A DNA stretch of 60,263 bases from an uncultured Bacilli bacterium. Lineage in GTDB: Bacteria > Bacillota_I > Bacilli_A > RF39 > UBA660. The DNA lies in NCBI GenBank assembly GCA_947628435.1, contig CANQZW010000005.1:1-60263 (forward strand), given 5' to 3'. The position numbers and the translations under genes were made by a program. Under the pieces are notes generated by a model. That model was given only the letters and a program-made list of their open reading frames with translations, did not search any database and was not told the DNA's origin. Positions 29,584 to 36,502 of this stretch are shown here, piece by piece (position 1 is the first letter of the stretch; each line of letters opens with the position of its first letter).

Positions 29584-29661
29584 ATAAAAATATTTATTTT
29601 TTTTTAATTTTACGAGGGTTTTTATCCTTCTTATATAATAATTAAACTAGAAGGAGGATAA

Positions 29662-30771
29662 ATGAAAAAAATTATATTAATGTTTGTTTTAATTGTCTTT
29701 TTAACAGGTTGTAATACAAAATATAAAAAAGATACTATTAATAAAAAATTAAGTGCCAATTATAAAACAAAAAAAGATTATTATGTTTGTGTAATTACAG
29801 GTGTTAATCATGATGATTATTATAATAATAATTTAAATATTTCTTACGAAGATAATGCTATTAAAAATGAGGTTATAAAAGAAGAAAATAATAATTATGA
29901 TATGAAAGTTGAAGAAATAAAAAATACTACTTATGAAGATGTTATAGAAAATAATAATGAAGTATTAATAAATGATAATGAAATAAGTGATGAAACTAAA
30001 GATACACCTTTAGAAGATGAAGAAATTAAAGAAAAAAATAACGTTGATGTTAAAGAAACTAATCAAAATGAAGAAATAAAAGAAAATAGCACATCTACTG
30101 ATAGTTATGAATCGCAAAAAGAAGAAGTCGCTGATTTAAAAAAATATTATAGTCCAAATGGTAAATATTTAGGAGCCGAAAAAGTTAAAGTAATAGATGT
30201 AAGTTATTATCAAGGAGTAATAGATTGGGATAAGTTTGCAAAAGAATCAGATTGTTATGGTGTTATACTAAGAATAGGATATTATCAGACAATGGATAAA
30301 ATGTTTGAAAGAAACATAAGTGAAATAAAAAGATTAAACATTGCTTATGGTATATATTTATTTAGTTATGCAACAACACTTAACGGTGCTTTAAAAGAAA
30401 CCAATTTTACAATAAATATGATTGATAAATACAATTTAGATCCAACTCTTGGTATATATTATGATATTGAAAGTTGGAGTACTAAAAATAGTAATTCAAA
30501 TAATATTAGTAAACAAAGATATGATGAGATAACACAACTATATGTTAATGGAGTAAGTAATCATATATCTTATAAATATAAAGTAAAAGTATATTCTGGA
30601 AGATGGTATGCAATGAATAGATTAGGTCCTATATCAAAATCATATGTTGATTGGGTAGCAGAGTATAATAGTACATGCAAATATGATGGTTCATATTCAA
30701 TGTGGCAATATACCTCAAAAGGAAGAGTACCTGGTATAAATACAAACGTAGATATAAGTTATTTATTTTAA
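29662..30771 (+). CDS. lipoprotein with acidic low-complexity linker and GH25 muramidase domain
   Basis: Lipobox FLTGC. E/N/K-rich linker. GH25 pattern IDVSYYQGVIDWDKF..GVILRIGY..DIESW..WQYTSKGRVPGI..VDISY. Confidence 0.8.
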   Translation: MKKIILMFVLIVFLTGCNTKYKKDTINKKLSANYKTKKDYYVCVITGVNHDDYYNNNLNISYEDNAIKNEVIKEENNNYDMKVEEIKNTTYEDVIENNNEVLINDNEISDETKDTPLEDEEIKEKNNVDVKETNQNEEIKENSTSTDSYESQKEEVADLKKYYSPNGKYLGAEKVKVIDVSYYQGVIDWDKFAKESDCYGVILRIGYYQTMDKMFERNISEIKRLNIAYGIYLFSYATTLNGALKETNFTINMIDKYNLDPTLGIYYDIESWSTKNSNSNNISKQRYDEITQLYVNGVSNHISYKYKVKVYSGRWYAMNRLGPISKSYVDWVAEYNSTCKYDGSYSMWQYTSKGRVPGINTNVDISYLF

Positions 30772-30879
30772 TATATACAAATGCTTTACATAAAAAAATT
30801 AAAAAAAAATATATAAAAGTATATTTAAGTAAAAATCTGATATAATATATTTGTAAAATAAAAAAAGGAGTAGTAAAAA

Positions 30880-31509
30880 ATGAGAAGTAAAAAAAGTAGT
30901 AAAATAATAATAGGAGTAATAGCATTAATATTATGTGTAGCAGTAGGATATGCCTTATTTTCTGAAACGTTAAACATAGAAGGTACTGCAACTGCAAGTG
31001 GTACTTTTGATATAACAATGACTTGTGAAGATCCACAATTAATTGGAGCAACAGGAGAATGTCAAGTTAGTGATAACACAGTTACAACAACAAGTACACT
31101 TTCAAAACCAACAGATGCTGCAGGATTTGTAATTAAAGTAACAAATAATGGTACGATACCTGCTAAATTAACGAGTATTGATTCTAATAACAATAAAAGT
31201 CAGGATTTATCAAGTAGTGGAAAAGAAGTATATTTTGATGATAAATATTTAATGGCTTATTATGATATCAGAAAATACAATGATGGTACTGATGTTAATG
31301 AATCTGATAGCTATTGCGATGTTGATACTTGTGATGATAGTGCTTTCGAAAATGCAAATATAACATTGCAACCAGGAGAATCTGTTTATTTAATAATAGC
31401 TCATGGTTGGGCTGATTCTCAAGAAGTAGAACAACCAAAATTAGATAATGGTACAGCTACTATGAATTATAATGTAACTTTAAACTTTACTCAAGCAACC
31501 AATGAATAA
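30880..31509 (+). CDS. secreted TasA/camelysin-like protein with SipW-type signal peptide (paralogue A)
   Basis: KIIIGVIALILCVAVGYALFSETLNIEGTATASGTFDI resembles the A-[YL]-F-[ST]-[DE]-T .. GT[FL]D[IL] signature of SipW-dependent TasA-family proteins; beta-rich remainder. Confidence 0.55.
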   Translation: MRSKKSSKIIIGVIALILCVAVGYALFSETLNIEGTATASGTFDITMTCEDPQLIGATGECQVSDNTVTTTSTLSKPTDAAGFVIKVTNNGTIPAKLTSIDSNNNKSQDLSSSGKEVYFDDKYLMAYYDIRKYNDGTDVNESDSYCDVDTCDDSAFENANITLQPGESVYLIIAHGWADSQEVEQPKLDNGTATMNYNVTLNFTQATNE

Positions 31510-31537
31510 AAAATCTAGAAATAGATTTTTTTTATTT

Positions 31538-31566
31538 TTCATAAAATTTACGAGTGTTTTTAAAAT
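31538..31566 (+). promoter_or_regulatory. putative promoter of the small-peptide mRNA (copy 1)
   Basis: TTCATA, 17-nt spacer, TAAAAT; predicted +1 about 10 nt before the 5' arm. Confidence 0.35.
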
Positions 31567-31652
31567 AAAAGAAGAATGATTAAAGTGAGGGCACCTATAA
31601 ATTGGGCTAGTTACTTTCCACTTTTTCTTTAATAAGAAGGGTGGTGATGCTT

Positions 31653-31733
31653 ATGAAAAAAGAAATAACATTTCTTAAAGTAATAATCATCCTTTTAATT
31701 TTTTTATTAGTAATACTAATATTTAAAATATAA
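31653..31733 (+). CDS. 26-aa hydrophobic peptide, candidate type I toxin (copy 1)
   Basis: MKKEITFLKVIIILLIFLLVILIFKI. SD GGGTGGTGA 5-6 nt upstream, buried in hairpin 31618-31644 (CCACTTTTTCTT / AAGAAGGGTGG). An alternative ATG lies at 31647. Confidence 0.5.
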   Translation: MKKEITFLKVIIILLIFLLVILIFKI

Positions 31734-31814
31734 AATAAAAGTCACTATCCCAAGGGGGTAGTGACTTTTCCAAAAAACAATGGAAAGTAATCTAGCCTAG
31801 TAGGTTGCTCTCAC
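31728..31814 (-). ncRNA. candidate ~85-nt antisense RNA (antitoxin), copy 1
   Basis: Predicted +1 at 31814, 7 nt after the minus-strand TATAAT. Ends at the bidirectional terminator and overlaps the stop codon of the peptide ORF. Confidence 0.45.
31737..31769. terminator. bidirectional intrinsic terminator inside the cassette (copy 1)
   Basis: AAAA-GTCACTATCCC-AAG-GGGGTAGTGAC-TTTT. The U-tract is longer on the minus strand (TTTTATTTTATATTTT). Confidence 0.7.
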
Positions 31815-31821
31815 TAAATAT

Positions 31822-31850
31822 ATTATATAATATTAGTAAACATATGTAAA
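31822..31850 (-). promoter_or_regulatory. near-consensus sigma-A promoter driving the antisense RNA (copy 1)
   Basis: Minus strand reads TTTACA (31850-45), exactly 17 nt, TATAAT (31827-22). Confidence 0.6.
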
Positions 31851-31920
31851 TGATTTTTAAAAAATTATTTACGTATTCTTATAATATTTACTATTTCTAC
31901 AATATGAGTATTAATTAAAA

Positions 31921-32055
31921 TTATTATTGTTGTGATGATGAGATTTCTTCTATGAATTTAATATTAAAATCATAAGAATCTGTTTATTTAATAATGATAT
32001 AGGGGTTATGATATATAATATGACTAAGAGTTTTACTCAAGCAACCAATGAATAA
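31921..32055 (+). pseudogene. decayed 3' remnant of a TasA-like paralogue (psi-B)
   Basis: Retains ..gaatctgtttatttaataat.. and ..ttttactcaagcaaccaatgaataa, matching the 3' end of 30880-31509; no intact frame. Confidence 0.7.
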
Positions 32056-32198
32056 AAAATCTAGAAATAGATTTTTTTTATTTTTCATAAAATTTACGAG
32101 TGTTTTTAAAATAAAAGAAGAATGATTAAAGTGAGGGCACCTATAAATTGGGCTAGTTACTTTCCACTTTTTCTTTAATAAGAAGGGTGGTGATGCTT

Positions 32199-32279
32199 AT
32201 GAAAAAAGAAATAACATTTCTTAAAGTAATAATCATCCTTTTAATTTTTTTATTAGTAATACTAATATTTAAAATATAA
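32199..32279 (+). CDS. 26-aa hydrophobic peptide, candidate type I toxin (copy 2)
   Basis: Matches copy 1 throughout (offset +546). Confidence 0.5.
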   Translation: MKKEITFLKVIIILLIFLLVILIFKI

Positions 32280-32360
32280 AATAAAAGTCACTATCCCAAG
32301 GGGGTAGTGACTTTTCCAAAAAACAATGGAAAGTAATCTAGCCTAGTAGGTTGCTCTCAC
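32274..32360 (-). ncRNA. candidate antisense RNA, copy 2
   Basis: Same promoter (32396-32368), arm and terminator as copy 1. Confidence 0.45.
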
Positions 32361-32479
32361 TAAATATATTATATAATATTAGTAAACATATGTAAATGTT
32401 TTTTCAACAATAAGTTAAAAATATTGACTGGGGGTTAATAATATTATTAATGAGTAAAATAAAAAATAAGAAGGTAGCT

Positions 32480-32688
32480 ATGATGATAGTATTTACGAAA
32501 ACTATTATTGTTGTTATGATGAGATTTCTTCTACGAATTTAATATTAAAATCATAAGAATCAGTTTATTTGTTAATATAACATGGATGGTTCAATTTGCA
32601 AGGAAATCCATAACCAGCATTAGAAGATGGTACTGCAACGTTAAACTATAATATTACTTTAGGATTTACTCAAGCAACCAATGAATAA
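32480..32688 (+). pseudogene. decayed TasA-like paralogue (psi-C) with large internal deletion
   Basis: Upstream region homologous to that of 33117. The 3' end back-translates to stop-PALEDGTATLNYNITLGFTQATNE (compare KLDNGTATMNYNVTLNFTQATNE). Confidence 0.75.
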
Positions 32689-32832
32689 AAAATCTAGAAA
32701 TAGATTTTTTTTAATTTTTTTAAAATTTTTAAAGTGTTTTTAAAATAAAAGAAGAATGATTAAAGTGAGGGCACCTATAAATTGGGCTAGTTACTTTCCA
32801 CTTTTTCTTTAATAAGAAGGGTGGTGATGCTT

Positions 32833-32913
32833 ATGAAAAAAGAAATAACATTTCTTAAAGTAATAATCATCCTTTTAATTTTTTTATTAGTAATACTAAT
32901 ATTTAAAATATAA
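32833..32913 (+). CDS. 26-aa hydrophobic peptide, candidate type I toxin (copy 3)
   Basis: Same ORF (offset +1180 from copy 1). The upstream -35 region is diverged (TTTTAA instead of TTCATA). Confidence 0.5.
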   Translation: MKKEITFLKVIIILLIFLLVILIFKI

Positions 32914-32994
32914 AATAAAAGTCACTATCCCAAGGGGGTAGTGACTTTTCCAAAAAACAATGGAAAGTAATCTAGCCTAGTAGGTTGCTCTCAC
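32908..32994 (-). ncRNA. candidate antisense RNA, copy 3
   Basis: Same promoter (33030-33002), arm and terminator as copy 1. Confidence 0.45.
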
Positions 32995-33116
32995 TAAATA
33001 TATTATATAATATTAGTAAACATATGTAAATGTTTTTTCAACAATAAGTTAAAAATATTGACTGGGGGGGTAATGGTATTATTAACATGTAAAATAAAAA
33101 AAGGAGTAGTAAAAAA

Positions 33117-33752
33117 ATGAAAAAACAAAAGATTACAATAATAGCAGTAATAGCATTAATATTATGTGTAGCAGTTGGATACGCTTTATTTTCTGAAACG
33201 TTAAAAGTAGAGGGTACGGCAACCGCAAGCGGTACTTTTGATATTAAAATGGAGTGTGTAAGTCAGGAAGTGATTGGAGAAGGTGTTGAACAACAGTGTA
33301 GTGTTGATGAAGATAAAAATACTGTAACAACAACAAGTACGCTAAAAAAACCAACAGATGCAGTGGGATTTATAGTTAAAATTACAAATAGTGGAACAAT
33401 AGATGCAAAATTAACAAATATAGAATCGCCAAATAATAAAAGTATGGATTTAACTACTAGCGGAAAGGCGGCATATCTTAATGATAAATATTTAATGGCT
33501 TATTATGATATCAGAAAATACAATGATGGTACTGATGCTAATGAATCTGATAGCTATTGCGATGTTGATACTTGTGATGATAGTGCTTTCAAAAATGCAA
33601 ATATAACATTGCAACCAGGAGAATCTGTTTACTTAATAATAGCTCATGGTTGGGCTGATTCTAAAGAAGTAGAACAACCAAAATTAGATAATGGTACAGC
33701 TACTATGAATTATAATGTGACATTAAGTTTTACTCAAGCAACTAATGAATAG
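33117..33752 (+). CDS. secreted TasA/camelysin-like protein (paralogue D)
   Basis: Same signal and GYALFSETLKVEGTATASGTFDI motif. The 3' ~270 nt are nearly identical to paralogue A, while residues ~45-110 are diverged. Confidence 0.55.
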   Translation: MKKQKITIIAVIALILCVAVGYALFSETLKVEGTATASGTFDIKMECVSQEVIGEGVEQQCSVDEDKNTVTTTSTLKKPTDAVGFIVKITNSGTIDAKLTNIESPNNKSMDLTTSGKAAYLNDKYLMAYYDIRKYNDGTDANESDSYCDVDTCDDSAFKNANITLQPGESVYLIIAHGWADSKEVEQPKLDNGTATMNYNVTLSFTQATNE

Positions 33753-33778
33753 AATAATAAAAAGAAATAAATAAGAAT

Positions 33779-34313
33779 TGAAGTTGTAAGATAAAAGTGT
33801 ACACAAAAAAAGTGTATGCTTTTATTTTTGATATAATTTAAGATGATGATTTGATAAAAATAGAAAAAGATCTAGGGGCATATTCTAAAGAAATGGGAAT
33901 TAGTTTGGGATTACTTTATACATGGATTAAAAAATATGTTAAATAACAAAATAAAAAGAGGATATAAAAACCTCGAAACCATCGTTCACACAGATCAAGG
34001 TACATTATATTCCTCAGTGTCATTTAACAATATATTTAATTCCTACACAGTTACCAGATCTATGTCTAGAGCTGGAACACCAACAGATAATCCAGTTATC
34101 GAATCAAAAAATGGCTGGATTAAGAAAGAAATGTATATTGATTTTGACATAAATAATTATAACACAGTTCAAGAGTTTATTGATGATATTGTATGGGATA
34201 ATAATAATTTTAGACCAGAATATGCTCTTTAATATAAAAACCCAGTTGAATATCGAACCCAACTAGGTTTTAAATAATTACTTTTTAGTGTCTACTTTTT
34301 ATTTACAACTTCA
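33779..34313 (+). mobile_element. internally deleted IS3-family insertion sequence (~535 bp)
   Basis: Imperfect terminal inverted repeats TGAAGTTGTAAGATAAAAGTGTACAC (33779-804) and GTGTCTACTTTTTATTTACAACTTCA (34288-313), with TG..CA ends. Flanked by the direct repeat ATAAGAAT (33771-78 and 34314-21). Contains OrfA HTH and OrfB C-terminal fragments. Confidence 0.75.
33936..34232 (+). pseudogene. truncated IS3-family transposase (C-terminal part of the DDE integrase domain)
   Basis: ..IVHTDQGTLYSS..SMSRAGTPTDNPVIES..NNFRPEYAL, then an in-frame stop, then YKNPVEYRTQLGFK. Upstream fragment DLGAYSKEMGISLGLLYTWIKKY is an OrfA HTH. The N-terminal catalytic region is missing. Confidence 0.8.
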
Positions 34314-34336
34314 ATAAGAATTTATTTCTTTTTATT

Positions 34337-34591
34337 TTAGAACCATCTTCTAGGTGGGTAGTATGGATATGCTCCTGGTGGATAATAGTATGTTGGTCTA
34401 TTATATCCGTATCCGTTATTCCAAAAAGCTGGTGCAATGGCAGCTCCTGTTACACCGCCTAATAAAAACGGAAATACAAAACCTCCGGCTAATCTTTCGT
34501 CATTTGTATTTCTTGTATTTGTACTATTATATGTTGGGATGTAATAATAACCATATGGGGTGGACATATTACTTTGATATTTTTGATTCAT
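34337..34591 (-). CDS. small Tyr/Gly/Pro/Asn-rich protein (spore-coat-like composition)
   Basis: MNQKYQSNMSTPYGYYYIPTYN..GGFVFPFLLGGVTGAAIAPAFWNNGYGYNRPTYYYPPGAYPYYPPRRWF. ATG 34591 lies 5 nt after GGAAGGTGA. Confidence 0.6.
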   Translation of the reverse strand: MNQKYQSNMSTPYGYYYIPTYNSTNTRNTNDERLAGGFVFPFLLGGVTGAAIAPAFWNNGYGYNRPTYYYPPGAYPYYPPRRWF

Positions 34592-34704
34592 CTTAATCAC
34601 CTTCCTTTAAAATAGTATATGTTTTTATAAGTAAAATGACATATATGTGTTATAATTAAATAGTAAATAAATGTTTATTTTTTTAGATTAGGTAGTGATT
34701 TTAT

Positions 34705-36501
34705 ATGGGAAAAATAAAAATAATGGACGATGTTTTAGCTAATAAGATAGCAGCAGGTGAAGTAGTTGAAAAGTGTGTTTCTGTTGTTAAGGAATTGGTT
34801 GAAAATAGCGTTGATGCAAAGGCAGATGAAATTAAAATAGAGGTAGTGCAAGCAGGCACCAAACTTATAAAGGTAACAGATAACGGCTCTGGTATGGATC
34901 ATGATGACGCTGTTGTTGCATTTGAAAGACATGCAACGAGTAAACTTTTAGATGAAATGGGACTTTTTAGAATTTCTTCTTTAGGTTTTAGGGGTGAGGC
35001 TTTACCTTCTATTTCGGCGGTATCACAGATAGTTTTAAAAACATCAACTGGTGATGTTGGAACAAGATTAGAAATTAATGGTGGTAAAATAATTAAAGAT
35101 GAACCCTCAGATGCAAGATTGGGAACTGAAATAACTGTTAAAAATTTATTTTATAACACGCCAGCAAGATTGAAGTACTTAAGTAGTGTTTATACTGAGC
35201 TTGCTAATATATGTGAATATGTAAATAAAATGGCATTATCTTATCCTGATAAAAAATTTACTTTAATAAGTGATGATAAAGTTTTATTAAATACGGATGG
35301 TAGTGGTAATTTACTTAAGGTTATTAAAGAAATATATGGTTTGGATGTTGCAAAAAAGATGATTAAAATATCAGTGTTTAATGATGATTATGATATTGAT
35401 GGGTATATATCTTATCCTGAGGTTACTAGATCATCAAGGTCTCATATGATTACCCTTGTTAATAATAGGGTTGTGAGAAATACTGAATTAAATAGGGCAA
35501 TTAACGATGCTTATCATACTTATAAACCAGAGACTAGATATCCAATTGTAGTACTTAAAATTAGTACTGATCCATCACTTGTTGATGTAAACGTTCATCC
35601 ATCAAAATTAGATATAAAATTTAGTAATTTCGAGGATTTAAAAGAATTAATAAAAAGTGGAATAAAATCCGTTTTAGATAAAACTTTATTGATTCCAAAA
35701 GTGCAAACTAAAAACTTAGATGATGTAACACCTAAGGTAGAATTAGAACAGCTAAATTTACAAAGACAAAACGTAATTAACAATAACATAATAGATTATT
35801 CTATTTTTGATGAACCAGTATTACAAGTTAATGAAGATATAACAAAATATAATCAAAAAGATGATGAAAACTATGATAATGATAAGGTAGAAATTACTAA
35901 AGAAGAAAAAAAGGTTATTATGCCTGAAATGTATCCTGTTGGTCTTGCTAAAGGAACATATATTATATGTCATAATGAATTAGGACTTTATATGATAGAT
36001 CAACATGCTGCAAAAGAAAGAATCAATTATGAGGGTTATTTAAAAGCGTTTGCTAATCCAAAACCAGATAGTATAAAAATGCTTTTTCCAATTACTTTAG
36101 AATTTCCATCAAATGAATTTATAATAATTAAACAAAATATCAATATTTTAAAAGATATGCATTTTGATATTGAACAAAGTGGTATAAACTCTTTTGTTAT
36201 AAAAGAGCATCCAACATGGATTAAACAAGGTTATGAGGATGAATCAATTAAAAAACTTCTAGAGGTATTAATTAGTGAAGAAAAAAATTTCACAATACAA
36301 AAGTTTAGGGAGAAAGCCGCAATTATGCTTAGTTGTAAGATGGCTATTAAAGCAAATATGAATATAAGTATGGCTGAGATGGAGGCATTAATTGATGATT
36401 TAAGACGTTGTGATAATCCTTATACCTGCCCTCATGGTAGACCAACTACCATATTTTATAGTAATTATGAATTAGAAAAAATGTTTAAAAGGGCGATGTA
36501 A
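34705..36501 (+). CDS. mutL: DNA mismatch repair protein MutL
   Basis: IAAGEVVE, DNGSGM, GFRGEAL ATPase motifs; C-terminal endonuclease/dimerisation domain (DQHAAKERI, CPHGRP). Confidence 0.95.
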   Translation: MGKIKIMDDVLANKIAAGEVVEKCVSVVKELVENSVDAKADEIKIEVVQAGTKLIKVTDNGSGMDHDDAVVAFERHATSKLLDEMGLFRISSLGFRGEALPSISAVSQIVLKTSTGDVGTRLEINGGKIIKDEPSDARLGTEITVKNLFYNTPARLKYLSSVYTELANICEYVNKMALSYPDKKFTLISDDKVLLNTDGSGNLLKVIKEIYGLDVAKKMIKISVFNDDYDIDGYISYPEVTRSSRSHMITLVNNRVVRNTELNRAINDAYHTYKPETRYPIVVLKISTDPSLVDVNVHPSKLDIKFSNFEDLKELIKSGIKSVLDKTLLIPKVQTKNLDDVTPKVELEQLNLQRQNVINNNIIDYSIFDEPVLQVNEDITKYNQKDDENYDNDKVEITKEEKKVIMPEMYPVGLAKGTYIICHNELGLYMIDQHAAKERINYEGYLKAFANPKPDSIKMLFPITLEFPSNEFIIIKQNINILKDMHFDIEQSGINSFVIKEHPTWIKQGYEDESIKKLLEVLISEEKNFTIQKFREKAAIMLSCKMAIKANMNISMAEMEALIDDLRRCDNPYTCPHGRPTTIFYSNYELEKMFKRAM

Positions 36502-36502
36502 T

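Larger units (their letters stand above)
31486..33032 (+). repeat. three tandem copies of a ~367-bp unit (gene 3' end + terminator + small-ORF cassette), spaced 546 and 633-634 bp
   Basis: 31486-31852 matches 32032-32398 (no differences seen by eye) and is nearly identical to 32665-33032 (differences only in the first ~60 bp of the unit). Confidence 0.9.

Noticed and set aside
29600-29632. AATTTTACGAGGGTTTTTA upstream of the GH25 gene resembles AAATTTACGAGTGTTTTTA upstream of cassette copies 1 and 2 (17/19), hinting that the island once began with another cassette
   Set aside because: The match is short, and no arms, ORF or terminator follow it. Here TTTACG serves as a plausible -35 for the GH25 gene (TTTACG-17-TATATA). 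Treated as coincidence or a distant duplication scar.
30629-31051. 140-aa minus-strand ORF overlapping the GH25 3' end and the TasA-like gene start. Similar antisense track ORFs: 33-293, 6575-6766, 14250-14444, 14786-15028, 18223-18465, 19173-19445, 23694-23936, 24328-24516, 24989-25313, 27867-28052, 34354-34596, 34735-34932, 35595-35789, 38458-38658, 44817-45347, 47679-47933, 48181-48408, 50904-51188, 56902-57723, 58506-58694, 59608-59856
   Set aside because: These are shadow ORFs opposite well-supported genes or across intergenic AT-rich DNA. Their composition is low-complexity Leu/Ile/Phe/Tyr-rich, and they have no SD or motif support.
31585-31814. The 230-bp segment bounded by 34-36-bp imperfect inverted repeats (flanked by TAAA on both sides) could be a MITE
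   Set aside because: Not favoured. The arms begin exactly at the predicted +1 of a near-consensus antisense promoter, and the interior has an SD-sequestered ORF and a bidirectional terminator, so it looks like functional RNA architecture. A 4-bp TAAA match is expected by chance in such AT-rich DNA. All three copies share flanks, so transposition cannot be tested here; genome-wide copy distribution would settle it.
32480-32545. 20-aa hydrophobic micro-ORF MMIVFTKTIIVVMMRFLLRI as a second toxin type
   Set aside because: It lies in the decayed remnant of a TasA-like gene, and a similar but non-identical, non-ORF sequence occurs at 31921-31965. It has no associated antisense promoter or terminator, so it most likely arose by chance through gene decay.
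31486-33032. Possible CRISPR array or other short-repeat locus, because of the obvious repetition at 31.5-33.0 kb
   Set aside because: The repeat units are ~367 bp and are spaced 546 and 633 bp apart. They contain promoters, an ORF and terminators. There are no 25-40-bp direct repeats with unique spacers and no cas genes in the window.
33936-34232. Functional transposase gene
   Set aside because: It encodes only the C-terminal third of an IS3 OrfB, interrupted by an in-frame stop before the final YKNPVEYR segment. The first catalytic Asp region and most of OrfA are deleted, and the element is only ~535 bp.
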